A stretch of DNA of 64,000 nucleotides. Source: Eledone cirrhosa. Lineage: Eukaryota. Of the stretch, positions 15,601 through 31,600 are shown piece after piece. Position 1 is the first letter of the stretch. Every line of letters begins with the position of its first letter. The stretch lies in contig OZ024759.1 of assembly GCA_964016885.1 (NCBI GenBank), positions 1,426,001 to 1,490,000 on the forward strand. Reading direction: 5' to 3'. The position numbers and the translations under genes were made by a program. The notes below the pieces were generated by a model, which was not told the origin of the DNA, searched no databases, and saw only the letters and a list, made by a program, of their open reading frames with translations.

Positions 15601-18600
15601 ACATGACTAAGTCTATATTAGTAACATGACACAGTCTATATTAGTAACATGACAGTCTATATTAGTAGCATGACAAAGTCTATATTAGTAACATGACAAA
15701 GTCTATATTAGTAACATGACACAGTCTATATTAGTAACATGACACAGTCTATATTAGTAACATGACAGTCTATATTAGTAACATGACAAAGTCTATATTA
15801 GTAACATGGCAAAGTCTATGTTAGTAACATGACAAAGTCTATATTAGTAACATGACAGTCTATATTAGTAACATGACACATTCTATATTAGTAACATGAC
15901 AAAGTCTATATTAGTAGCATGACAAAGTCTATATTAGTAACATGACAGTCTATATTAGTAACATGCCAAAGTCTATATTAGTAGCATGACAAAGTCTATA
16001 TTAGTAACATGACACAGTCTATATTAGTAACATGACACAGTCTATATTAGTAACATGACACGGTCTATATTAGTAGCATGACAAAGTCTATATTAGTAAC
16101 ATGACAAAGTCTATATTAGTAACATGACAAAGTCTATATTAGTAACATGACATAGTCTATATTAGTAGCATGACAAAGTCTATATTAGTAACATGACAAA
16201 GTCTATATTAGTAACATGACAGTCTATATTAGTAACATGACACATTCTATATTAGTAACATGACAAAGTCTATATTAGTAGCATGACAAAGTCTATATTA
16301 GTAACATGACAGTCTATATTAGTAACATGCCAAAGTCTATATTAGTAGCATGACAAAGTCTATATTAGTAACATGACACAGTCTATATTAGTAACATGAC
16401 ACAGTCTATATTAGTAACATGACACAGTCTATATTAGTAGCATGACAAAGTCTATATTAGTAACATGACAAAGTCTATATTAGTAACATGACAAAGTCTA
16501 TATTAGTAACATGACAAAGTCTATATTAGTAACATGACACAGTGTATATTAGTAATATGACAGTCTATATTAGTAGCATGACAAAGTCTATATTAGTAAC
16601 ATGACAAAGTCTATATTAGTAACATGACACAGTCTATATTAGTAACATGACACAGTCTATATTAGTAACATGACACAGTCTATATTAGTAACATGACAAA
16701 GTCTATATTAGTAACATGGCAAAGTCTATATTAGTAACATGACAAAGTCTATATTAGTAACATGACAAGGTCTATATTAGTGACATGACACAGTCTATAT
16801 TAATAACATGACAAAGTCTATATTAGTAACATGACAGTCTATATTAGTAACATGCCAAAGTCTATATTAGTAGCATGACAAAGTCTATATTAGTAGCATG
16901 ACACAGTCTATATTAGTAACATGACATAGTCTATATTAGTAACATGACACAGTCTATATTAGTAGCATGACAAAGTCTATATTAGTAACATGACAAAGTC
17001 TATATTAGTAACATGACACAGTCTATATTAGTAGCATGACAAAGTCTATATTAGTAACATGACAAAGTCTATATTAGTAACATGAGAAAGTCTATATTAG
17101 TAACATGACACAGTCTATATTAGTAACATGACAAAGTCTATATTAGTAACATGACACAGTCTATATTAGTAACATGACGGTCTATATTAGTAACATGACA
17201 GTCTATATTAGTAGCATGACAAAGTCTATATTAGTAACATGACACAGTCTATATTAGTAACATGACAAAGTCTATATTAGTAACATGGCAAAGTCTATAT
17301 TAGTAACATGACAAAGTCTATATTAGTAACATGACAAGGCCTATATTAGTAATATGACACAGTCTATATTAGTAACATGACAAAGTCTATATTAGTAACA
17401 TGACAAAGTCTATATTAGTAACATGACAGTCTATATTAGTAACATGACACAGTCTATATTAGTAACATGACAAAGTCTATATTAGTAACATGACACAGTC
17501 TATATTAGTAACATGACACAGTCTATATTAGTAACATGACACAGTTTATATTAGTAACATGACAAAGTCTATATTAGTAACATGACAAAGTCTATATTAG
17601 TAACATGGCAGTCTATATTAGTAACATGACAAAGTCTATATTAGTAACATGACACAGTCTATATTAGTAACATGACAAAGACTCTATTAGTAACATGACA
17701 AAGTCTATATTAGTAACATGACAGTCTATATTAGTAACATGACAAAATCTATATTAGTAACATGACAGTCTATATTAGTAACATGACAAAGTCTATATTA
17801 GTAACATGACAGTCTATATTGTAACATGACACAGTCTATATTAGTAACATGACATAGTCTATATTAGTAACATGACAAAGTCTATATTAGTAACATGACA
17901 GTCTATATTGTAACATGACAGTCTATATTAGTAACATGACACAGTCTATATTAGTAACATGACAGTCTATACTAGTAACATGACACAGTCTATATTAGTA
18001 ACATGACACAGTCTATATTAGTAACATGACAGTATATATTAGTAGCATGGCAATGTCTATATTAGTAACATGACACTGTCTATATTAGTAACATGACAAA
18101 GTCTATATTAGTAACATGACAAAGTCTATATTAGTAACATGACAAAGTCTATATTAGTAACATGACTAAGTCTATATTAGTAACATGACACAGTCTATAT
18201 TAGTAACATGACAGTCTATATTAGTAGCATGACAAAGTCTATATTAGTAACATGACAAAGTCTATATTAGTAACATGACACAGTCTGTATTAGTAACATG
18301 ACACAGTCTATATTAGTAACATGACAGTCTATATTAGTAACATGACAAAGTCTATATTAGTAACATGGCAAAGTCTATGTTAGTAACATGACAAAGTCTA
18401 TATTAGTAACATGACAGTCTATATTAGTAACATGACACATTCTATATTAGTAACATGACAAAGTCTATATTAGTAGCATGACAAAGTCTATATTAGTAAC
18501 ATGACAGTCTATATTAGTAACATGCCAAAGTCTATATTAGTAGCATGACAAAGTCTATATTAGTAACATGACACAGTCTATATTAGTAACATGACACAGT

Positions 18601-19859
18601 CTATATTAGTAACATGACACGGTCTATATTAGTAGCATGACAAAGTCTATATTAGTAACATGACAAAGTCTATATTAGTAACATGACAAAGTCTATATTA
18701 GTAACATGACATAGTCTATATTAGTAGCATGACAAAGTCTATATTAGTAACAAGACAAAGTCTATATTAGTAACATGACAGTCTATATTAGTAACATGAC
18801 ACATTCTATATTAGTAACATGACAAAGTCTATATTAGTAGCATGACAAAGTCTATATTAGTAACATGACAGTCTATATTAGTAACATGCCAAAGTCTATA
18901 TTAGTAGCATGACAAAGTCTATATTAGTAACATGACACAGTCTATATTAGTAACATGACACAGTCTATATTAGTAACATGACACAGTCTATATTAGTAGC
19001 ATGACAAAGTCTATATTAGTAACATGACAAAGTCTATATTAGTAACATGACAAAGTCTATATTAGTAACATGACAAAGTCTATATTAGTAACATGACACA
19101 GTGTATATTAGTAATATGACAGTCTATATTAGTAGCATGACAAAGTCTATATTAGTAACATGACAAAGTCTATATTAGTAACATGACACAGTCTATATTA
19201 GTAACATGACACAGTCTATATTAGTAACATGACACAGTCTATATTAGTAACATGACAAAGTCTATATTAGTAACATGGCAAAGTCTATATTAGTAACATG
19301 ACAAAGTCTATATTAGTAACATGACAAGGTCTATATTATTAACATGACACACTCTATATTAATAACATGACAAAGTCTATATTAGTAACATGACAGTCTA
19401 TATTAGTAACATGCCAAAGTCTATATTAGTAGCATGACAAAGTCTATATTAGTAGCATGACACAGTCTATATTAGTAACATGACATAGTCTATATTAGTA
19501 ACATGACACAGTCTATATTAGTAGCATGACAAAGTCTATATTAGTAACATGACAAAGTCTATATTAGTAACATGAGAAAGTCTATATTAGTAACATGACA
19601 CAGTCTATATTAGTAACATGACAAAGTCTATATTAGTAACATGACACAGTCTATATTAGTAACATGACACAGTCTATATTAGTAACATGCAAAGTCTATA
19701 TTAGTAGCATGACAAAGTCTATATTAGTAACATGACAAAGTCTATATTAGTAACATGACACAGTCTATATTAGTAACATGACAAAGTCTATATTAGTAAC
19801 ATGACGGTCTATATTAGTAACATGACAGTCTATATTAGTAGCATGACAAAGTCTATATT

Positions 19860-21010
19860 AGTAACATGACAAAGTCTATATTAGTAGCATGACAAAGTCT
19901 ATATTAGTAACATGACACAGTCTATATTAGTAACATGACAAAGTCTATATTAGTAGCATGACAAAGTCTATATTAGTAACATGACAAAGTCTATATTAGT
20001 AACATGACACAGTCTATATTAGTAACATGACAGTCTATATTAGTAACATGACAGTCCATATTAGTAGCATGACAAAGTATATATTAGTAACATGACAAAG
20101 TCTATATTAGTAACATGACACAGTCTATATTAGTAACATGACACAGTCTATATTAGTAACATCATACAGTCTATATTAGTAACATCATACAGTCTATATT
20201 AGTAACATGACAAAGTCTATATTAGTAACATGACACAGTCTATATTAGTAACATGACAAGGCCTATATTAGTAACATGACACAGTCTATATTAGTAACAT
20301 GACAAAGTCTATATTAGTAACATGACAGTCTATATTAGTAACATGACAAAGTCTATATTAGTAACATGACAAAGTCTATATTAGTAACATGACAGTCTAT
20401 ATTAGTAACATGACACAGTCTATATTAGTAACATGACAGAGTCTATATTAGTAACATGACAGTCTATATTAGTAACATGACAGTCCATATTAGTAGCATG
20501 ACAAAGTCTATATTAGTAGCATGACAAAGTCTATATTAGTAACATGACACAGTCTATATTAGTAACATGACAAAGTCTATATTAGTAGCATGACAAAGTC
20601 TATATTAGTAACATGACAAAGTCTATATTAGTAACATGACACAGTCTATATTAGTAACATGACAGTCTATATTAGTAACATGACAGTCCATATTAGTAGC
20701 ATGACAAAGTATATATTAGTAACATGACAAAGTCTATATTAGTAACATGACACAGTCTATATTAGTAACATGACACAGTCTATATTAGTAACATCATACA
20801 GTCTATATTAGTAACATCATACAGTCTATATTAGTAACATGACAAAGTCTATATTAGTAACATGACACAGTCTATATTAGTAACATGACAAGGCCTATAT
20901 TAGTAACATGACACAGTCTATATTAGTAACATGACAAAGTCTATATTAGTAACATGACAGTCTATATTAGTAACATGACAAAGTCTATATTAGTAACATG
21001 ACAGTCTATA
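19860..21010. repeat. 632-bp offset duplication at the subfamily transition
   Basis: aaagtatat 20077/20709 and the doubled catcataca monomers 20160/20792, both at offset 632. Confidence 0.8.
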
Positions 21011-23549
21011 TTAGTAACATGACAGTCTATATTAGTAAAATGACAGTCCATATTAGTAGCATGACAAAGTCTATATTAGTAACATGACAAAGTCTATATT
21101 AGTAACATGACACCGTCTATATTAGTAACATGACACAGTCTATATTAGTAACATCACACAGTCTATATTAGTAACATGACAAAGTCTATATTAGTAACAT
21201 GGCAAAGTCTATATTAGTAACATGACAAAGTCTATATTAGTAACATGACAAGGCCTATATTAGTAATATGACACAGTCTATATTAGTAACATGACAAAGT
21301 CTATATTAGTAACATGACAGTCTATATTAGTAACATGACAAAGTCTATATTAGTAACATGACAAAGTCTATATTAGTAACATGACAGTCTATATTAGTAA
21401 CATGACACAGTCTATATTAGTAACATGACAAAGTCTATATTAGTAACATGACACAGTCTATATTAGTAACATGACACAGTCTATATTAGTAACATGACAC
21501 AGTTTATATTAGTAACATGACAAAGTCTATATTAGTAACATGACAAAGTCTATATTAGTAACATGGCAGTCTATATTAGTAACATGACAAAGTCTATATT
21601 AGTAACATGACACAGTCTATATTAGTAACATGACAAAGACTCTATTAGTAACATGACAAATTCTATATTAGTAACATGACAGTCTATATTAGTAACATGA
21701 CAAAATCTATATTAGTAACATGACAGTCTATATTAGTAACATGACAAAGTCTATATTAGTAACATGACAGTCTATATTGTACCATGACACAGTCTATATT
21801 AGTAACATGACATAGTCTATATTAGTAACATGACAGAGTCTATATTAGTAACATGACAGTCTATATTGTAAAATGACACAGTCTATATTAGTAACATGAC
21901 ACAGTCTATATTAGTAACATGACAGTCTATATTAGTAACATGACACAGTCTATATTAGTAACATGACACAGTCTATATAAGTAACATGACAGTCTATATT
22001 AGTAGCATGGCAATGTCTATATTAGTAACATGACACAGTCTATATTAGTAACATGACAAAGTCTATATTAGTAACATGACATAGTCTATATTAGTAGCAT
22101 GACAAAGTCTATATTAGTAACATGACAAAGTCTATATTAGTAACATGACACAGTCTATCTTAGTAACATGACAAAGTCTATATTAGTAACATGACACAGT
22201 CTATATTAGTAACATGACAAAGTCTATATTAGTAGCATGACAAAGTCTATATTAGTAACATGACACAGTCTATATTAGTAACATGACAAAGTCTATATTA
22301 GTAACATGACAAAGTCTATATTAGTAACATGACAAAGTCTATATTAGTAACATGACAAAGTCTATATTAGTAACATGACACAGTCTATATTAGTAACATG
22401 ACAGTCTATATTAGTAGCATGACAAAGTCTATATTAGTAACATGACAAAGTCTATATTAGTAACATGACACAGTCTATATTAGTAACATGACACAGTCTA
22501 TATTAGTAACATGACAGTCTATATTAGTAACATGACAAAGTCTATATTAGTAACATGGCAAAGTCTATGTTAGTAACATGACAAAGTCTATATTAGTAAC
22601 ATGACAAAGTCTATATTAGTAACATGCCAAAGTCTATATTAGTAGCATGACAAAGTCTATATTAGTAGCATGACACAGTCTATATTAGTAACATGACAAA
22701 GTCTATATTAGTAACATGACACAGTCTATATTAGTAACATGACAGTCTATATTAGTAACATGACAAAGTCTATATTAGTAACATGACAAAGTCTATATTA
22801 GTAACATGACACAGTCTATATTAGTAACATGACAGTCTATATTAGTAACATGACAAAGTCTATATTAGTAACATGACAAAGTCTATATTAGTAACATGAC
22901 AAAGTCTATATTAGTAACATGACAAAGTCTATATTAGTAGCATGACACAGTCTATATTAGTAACATGACAAAGTCTATATTAGTAACATGACAAAGTCTA
23001 TATTAGTAGCATGACACAGTCTATATTAGTAACATGACAAAGTCTATATTAGTAACATGACACAGTCTATATTAGTAACATGACAAAGTCTATATTAGTA
23101 ACATGACAAAGTCTATATTAGTAACATGACACAGTCTATATTAGTAACATGACAAAGTCTATATTAGTAACATGACACTGTCTATATTAGTAACTTGACA
23201 AAGTCTATATTAGTAACATGACACAGTCTATATTAGTAACATGACAGTCTATATTAGTAACATGACAAAGTCTATATTAGTAGCATGACACAGTCTATAT
23301 TAGTAACATGACAAAGTCTATATTAGTAACATGACACAGTCTATATTAGTAACATGACACAGTCTATATTAGTAACATGACAATGTCTATATTAGTAGCA
23401 TGACAAAGTCTATATTAGTAACATGACACAGTCTATATTAGTAACATGACAAAGTCTATATTAGTAGCATGACAACGTCTATATTAGTAACATGACAAAG
23501 TCTATATTAGTAACATGACAGTCTATATTACTAACATGACAGTCTATAT

Positions 23550-26500
23550 TAGTAAAATGACAGTCCATATTAGTAGCATGACAAAGTCTATATTAGTAAC
23601 ATGACAAAGTCTATATTAGTAACATGACACCGTCTATATTAGTAACATGACACAGTCTATATTAGTAACATCACACAGTCTATATTAGTAACATGACAAA
23701 GTCTATATTAGTAACATGGCAAAGTCTATATTAGTAACATAACAAAGTCTATATTAGTAACATGACAAGGCCTATATTAGTAATATGACACAGTCTATAT
23801 TAGTAACATGACAAAGTCTATATTAGTAACATGACAGTCTATATTAGTAACATGACAAAGTCTATATTAGTAACATGACAAAGTCTATATTAGTAACATG
23901 ACAGTCTATATTAGTAACATGACACAGTCTATATTAGTAACATGACAAAGTCTATATTAGTAACATGACACAGTCTATATTAGTAACATGACACAGTCTA
24001 TATTAGTAACATGGCACAGTTTATATTAGTAACATGACAAAGTCTATATTAGTAACATGACAAAGTCTATATTAGTAACATGACACAGTCTATATTAGTA
24101 ACATGACAAGGCCTATATTAGTAACATGACACAGTCTATATTAGTAACATGACAAAGTCTATATTAGTAACATGACAGTCTATATTAGTAACATGACAAA
24201 GTCTATATTAGTAACATGACAGTCTATATTAGTAACATGACAGTCTATATTAGTAAAATGACAGTCCATATTAGTAGCATGACAAAGTCTATATTAGTAA
24301 CATGACAAAGTCTATATTAGTAACATGACACCGTCTATATTAGTAACATGACACAGTCTATATTAGTAACATCACACAGTCTATATTAGTAACATGACAA
24401 AGTCTATATTAGTAACATGGCAAAGTCTATATTAGTAACATGACAAAGTCTATATTAGTAACATGACAAGGCCTATATTAGTAATATGACACAGTCTATA
24501 TTAGTAACATGACAAAGTCTATATTAGTAACATGACAGTCTATATTAGTAACATGACAAAGTCTATATTAGTAACATGACAAAGTCTATATTAGTAACAT
24601 GACAGTCTATATTAGTAACATGACACAGTCTATATTAGTAACATGACAAAGTCTATATTAGTAACATGACACAGTCTATATTAGTAACATGACACAGTCT
24701 ATATTAGTAACATGACACAGTTTATATTAGTAACATGACAAAGTCTATATTAGTAACATGACAAAGTCTATATTAGTAACATGGCAGTCTATATTAGTAA
24801 CATGACAAAGTCTATATTAGTAACATGACACAGTCTATATTAGTAACATGACAAAGACTCTATTAGTAACATGACAAATTCTATATTAGTAACATGACAG
24901 TCTATATTAGTAACATGACAAAATCTATATTAGTAACATGACAGTCCATATTAGTAGCATGACAAAGTCTATATTAGTAACATGACAAAGTCTATATTAG
25001 TAACATGACACCGTCTATATTAGTAACATGACACAGTCTATATTAGTAACATCACACAGTCTATATTAGTAACATGACAAAGTCTATATTAGTAACATGG
25101 CAAAGTCTATATTAGTAACATAACAAAGTCTATATTAGTAACATGACAAGGCCTATATTAGTAATATGACACAGTCTATATTAGTAACATGACAAAGTCT
25201 ATATTAGTAACATGACAGTCTATATTAGTAACATGACAAAGTCTATATTAGTAACATGACAAAGTCTATATTAGTAACATGACAGTCTATATTAGTAACA
25301 TGACACAGTCTATATTAGTAACATGACAAAGTCTATATTAGTAACATGACACAGTCTATATTAGTAACATGACACAGTCTATATTAGTAACATGGCACAG
25401 TTTATATTAGTAACATGACAAAGTCTATATTAGTAACATGACAAAGTCTATATTAGTAACATGACACAGTCTATATTAGTAACATGACAAGGCCTATATT
25501 AGTAACATGACACAGTCTATATTAGTAACATGACAAAGTCTATATTAGTAACATGACAGTCTATATTAGTAACATGACAAAGTCTATATTAGTAACATGA
25601 CAGTCTATATTAGTAACATGACAGTCTATATTAGTAAAATGACAGTCCATATTAGTAGCATGACAAAGTCTATATTAGTAACATGACAAAGTCTATATTA
25701 GTAACATGACACCGTCTATATTAGTAACATGACACAGTCTATATTAGTAACATCACACAGTCTATATTAGTAACATGACAAAGTCTATATTAGTAACATG
25801 GCAAAGTCTATATTAGTAACATGACAAAGTCTATATTAGTAACATGACAAGGCCTATATTAGTAATATGACACAGTCTATATTAGTAACATGACAAAGTC
25901 TATATTAGTAACATGACAGTCTATATTAGTAACATGACAAAGTCTATATTAGTAACATGACACAGTCTATATTAGTAACATGACAAGGCCTATATTAGTA
26001 ACATGACACAGTCTATATTAGTAACATGACAAAGTCTATATTAGTATCATGACAGTCTATATTAGTAACATGACAAAGTCTATATTAGTAACATGACAGT
26101 CTATATTAGTAACATGACAGTCTATATTAGTAAAATGACAGTCCATATTAGTAGCATGACAAAGTCTATATTAGTAACATGACAAAGTCTATATTAGTAA
26201 CATGACACCGTCTATATTAGTAACATGACACAGTCTATATTAGTAACATCACACAGTCTATATTAGTAACATGACAAAGTCTATATTAGTAACATGGCAA
26301 AGTCTATATTAGTAACATGACAAAGTCTATATTAGTAACATGACAAGGCCTATATTAGTAATATGACACAGTCTATATTAGTAACATGACAAAGTCTATA
26401 TTAGTAACATGACAGTCTATATTAGTAACATGACAAGGCCTATATTAGTAACATGACACAGTCTATATTAGTAACATGACAAAGTCTATATTAGTAACAT

Positions 26501-26900
26501 GACAGTCTATATTAGTAACATGACAAAGTCTATATTAGTAACATGACAGTCTATATTAGTAACATGACAGTCTATATTAGTAAAATGACAGTCCATATTA
26601 GTAGCATGACAAAGTCTATATTAGTAACATGACAAAGTCTATATTAGTAACATGACACCGTCTATATTAGTAACATGACACAGTCTATATTAGTAACATC
26701 ACACAGTCTATATTAGTAACATGACAAAGTCTATATTAGTAACATGGCAAAGTCTATATTAGTAACATGACAAAGTCTATATTAGTAACATGACAAGGCC
26801 TATATTAGTAATATGACACAGTCTATATTAGTAACATGACAAAGTCTATATTAGTAACATGACAGTCTATATTAGTAACATGACAAAGTCTATATTAGTA
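23550..26900. repeat. Cluster of six copies of the gtcca-caccg-catcac-ggcaaa-aaggcc cassette, including a 1381-bp duplication
   Basis: caccg at 23628, 24329, 25009, 25710, 26206, 26656 (spacings 701, 680, 701, 496, 450). Confidence 0.85.
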
Positions 26901-28629
26901 ACATGACAAAGTCTATATTAGTAACATGACAGTCTATATTAGTAACATGACACAGTCTATATTAGTAACATGACAAAGTCTATATTAGTAACATGACACA
27001 GTCTATATTAGTAACATGACACAGTCTATATTAGTAACATGACACAGTTTATATTAGTAACATGACAAAGTCTATATTAGTAACATGACAAAGTCTATAT
27101 TAGTAACATGGCAGTCTATATTAGTAACATGACAAAGTCTATATTAGTAACATGACACAGTCTATATTAGTAACATGACAAAGACTCTATTAGTAACATG
27201 ACAAATTCTATATTAGTAACATGACAGTCTATATTAGTAACATGACAAAATCTATATTAGTAACATGACAGTCTATATTAGTAACATGACAAAGTCTATA
27301 TTAGTAACATGACAGTCTATATTGTACCATGACACAGTCTATATTAGTAACATGACATAGTCTATATTAGTAACATGACAAAGTCTATATTAGTAACATG
27401 ACAGTCTATATTGTAAAATGACACAGTCTATATTAGTAACATGACACAGTCTATATTAGTAACATGACAGTCTATATTAGTAACATGACACAGTCTATGT
27501 TAGTAACATGACACAGTCTATATTAGTAACATGACAGTCTATATTAGTAGCATGGCAATGTCTATATTAGTAACATGACACAGTCTATATTAGTAACAAG
27601 ACTTAGTCTATATTAGTAACATGACATAGTCTATATTAGTAGCATGACAAAGTCTATATTAGTAACATGACAAAGTCTATATTAGTAACATGACACAGTC
27701 TATCTTAGTAACATGACAAAGTCTATATTTGTAACATGACACAGTCTATATTAGTAACATGACAAAGTCTATATTAGTAGCATGACAAAGTCTATATTAG
27801 TAACATGACACAGTCTATATTAGTAACATGACAAAGTCTATATTAGTAACATGACAAAGTCTATATTAGTAACATGACAAAGTCTATATTAGTAACATGA
27901 CAAAGTCTATATTAGTAACATGACACAGTCTATATTAGTAACATGACAGTCTATATTAGTAGCATGACAAAGTCTATATTAGTAACATGACAAAGTCTAT
28001 ATTAGTAACATGACACAGTCTATATTAGTAACATGACACAGTCTATATTAGTAACATGACAGTCTATATTAGTAACATGACAAAGTCTATATTAGTAACA
28101 TGGCAAAGTCTATGTTAGTAACATGACAAAGTCTATATTAGTAACATGACAAAGTCTATATTAGTAACATGCCAAAGTCTATATTAGTAGCATGACAAAG
28201 ACTATATTAGTAGCATGACACAGTCTATATTAGTAACATGACAAAGTCTATATTAGTAACATGACACAGTCTATATTAGTAACATGACAGTCTATATTAG
28301 TAACATGACAAAGTCTATATTAGTAACATGACAAAGTCTATATTAGTAACATGACACAGTCTATATTAGTAACATGACAGTCTATATTAGTAACATGACA
28401 AAGTCTATATTAGTAACATGACAAAGTCTATATTAGTAACATGACAAAGTCTATATTAGTAACATGACAAAGTCTATATTAGTAGCATGACACAGTCTAT
28501 ATTAGTAACATGACAAAGTCTATATTAGTAACATGACAAAGTCTATATTAGTAGCATGACACAGTCTATATTAGTAACATGACAAAGTCTATATTAGTAA
28601 CATGACACAGTCTATATTAGTAACATGAC

Positions 28630-31600
28630 AAAGTCTATATTAGTAACATGACACTGTCTATATTAGTAACTTGACAAAGTCTATATTAGTAACATGACAC
28701 AGTCTATATTAGTAACATGACAGTCTATATTAGTAACATGACAAAGTCTATATTAGTAGCATGACACAGTCTATATTAGTAACATGACAAAGTCTATATT
28801 AGTAACATGACACAGTCTATATTAGTAACATGACACAGTCTATATTAGTAACATGACAAAGTCTATATTAGTAGCATGACAAAGTCTATATTAGTAACAT
28901 GACACAGTCTATATTAGTAACATGACAAAGTCTATATTAGTAGCATGACAACGTCTATATTAGTAACATGACAAAGTCTATATTAGTAACATGACAGTCT
29001 ATATTACTAACATGACAGTCTATATTAGTAAAATGACAGTCCATATTAGTAGCATGACAAAGTCTATATTAGTAACATGACAAAGTCTATATTAGTAACA
29101 TGACACCGTCGATATTAGTAACATGACACAGTCTATATTAGTAACATCACACAGTCTATATTAGTAACATGACAAAGTCTATATTAGTAACATGGCAAAG
29201 TCTATATTAGTAACATAACAAAGTCTATATTAGTAACATGACAAAGTCTATATTAGTAACATGGCAAAGTCTATATTAGTAACATGACAAAGTCTATATT
29301 AGTAACATGACAAGGTCTATATTATTAACATGACACACTCTATATTAATAACATGACAAAGTCTATATTAGTAACATGACAGTCTATATTGTAAAATGAC
29401 ACAGTCTATATTAGTAACATGACACAGTCTATATTAGTAACATGACAGTCTATATTAGTAACATGACACAGTCTATGTTAGTAACATGACAAAGTCTATA
29501 TTAGTAACATGACAGTCTATATTGTAAAATGACACAGTCTATATTAGTAACATGACACAGTCTATATTAGTAACATGACAGTCTATATTAGTAACATGAC
29601 ACAGTCTATGTTAGTAACATGACACAGTCTATATTAGTAACATGACAGTCTATATTAGTAGCATGGCAATGTCTATATTAGTAACATGACACAGTCTATA
29701 TTAGTAACAAGACTTAGTCTATATTAGTAACATGACATAGTCTATATTAGTAGCATGACAAAGTCTATATTAGTAACATGACAAAGTCTATATTAGTAAC
29801 ATGACACAGTCTATCTTAGTAACATGACAAAGTCTATATTTGTAACATGACACAGTCTATATTAGTAACATGACAAAGTCTATATTAGTAGCATGACAAA
29901 GTCTATATTAGTAACATGACACAGTCTATATTAGTAACATGACAAAGTCTATATTAGTAACATGACAAAGTCTATATTAGTAACATGACAAAGTCTATAT
30001 TAGTAACATGACAAAGTCTATATTAGTAACATGACACAGTCTATATTAGTAACATGACAGTCTATATTAGTAGCATGACAAAGTCTATATTAGTAACATG
30101 ACAAAGTCTATATTAGTAACATGACACAGTCTATATTAGTAACATGACAGTCTATATTAGTAACATGACAAAGTCTATATTAGTAACATGGCAAAGTCTA
30201 TGTTAGTAACATGACAAAGTCTATATTAGTAACATGACAAAGTCTATATTAGTAACATGCCAAAGTCTATATTAGTAGCATGACAAAGACTATATTAGTA
30301 GCATGACACAGTCTATATTAGTAACATGACAAAGTCTATATTAGTAACATGACACAGTCTATATTAGTAACATGACAGTCTATATTAGTAACATGACAAA
30401 GTCTATATTAGTAACATGACAAAGTCTATATTAGTAACATGACACAGTCTATATTAGTAACATGACAGTCTATATTAGTAACATGACAAAGTCTATATTA
30501 GTAACATGACAAAGTCTATATTAGTAACATGACAAAGTCTATATTAGTAACATGACAAAGTCTATATTAGTAGCATGACACAGTCTATATTAGTAACATG
30601 ACAAAGTCTATATTAGTAACATGACAAAGTCTATATTAGTAGCATGACACAGTCTATATTAGTAACATGACAAAGTCTATATTAGTAACATGACACAGTC
30701 TATATTAGTAACATGACAAAGTCTATATTAGTAACATGACAAAGTCTATATTAGTAACATGACACAGTCTATATTAGTAACATGACAAAGTCTATATTAG
30801 TAACATGACACTGTCTATATTAGTAACTTGACAAAGTCTATATTAGTAACATGACACAGTCTATATTAGTAACATGACAGTCTATATTAGTAACATGACA
30901 AAGTCTATATTAGTAGCATGACACAGTCTATATTAGTAACATGACAAAGTCTATATTAGTAACATGACACAGTCTATATTAGTAACATGACACAGTCTAT
31001 ATTAGTAACATGACAAAGTCTATATTAGTAGCATGACAAAGTCTATATTAGTAACATGACACAGTCTATATTAGTAACATGACAAAGTCTATATTAGTAG
31101 CATGACAACGTCTATATTAGTAACATGACAAAGTCTATATTAGTAACATGACAGTCTATATTACTAACATGACAGTCTATATTAGTAAAATGACAGTCCA
31201 TATTAGTAGCATGACAAAGTCTATATTAGTAACATGACAAAGTCTATATTAGTAACATGACACCGTCGATATTAGTAACATGACACAGTCTATATTAGTA
31301 ACATCACACAGTCTATATTAGTAACATGACAAAGTCTATATTAGTAACATGGCAAAGTCTATATTAGTAACATAACAAAGTCTATATTAGTAACATGACA
31401 AGGCCTATATTAGTAATATGACACAGTCTATATTAGTAACATGACAAAGTCTATATTAGTAACATGACAGTCTATATTAGTAACATGACAAAGTCTATAT
31501 TAGTAACATGACAAAGTCTATATTAGTAACATGACAGTCTATATTAGTAACATGACACAGTCTATATTAGTAACATGACAAAGTCTATATTAGTAACATG

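Noticed and set aside
23521-23545. TACTAAC branch-point motif in attactaac variants (and on the minus strand of tatgttagta variants)
   Set aside because: These are single substitutions of the consensus, with no exon or intron context.
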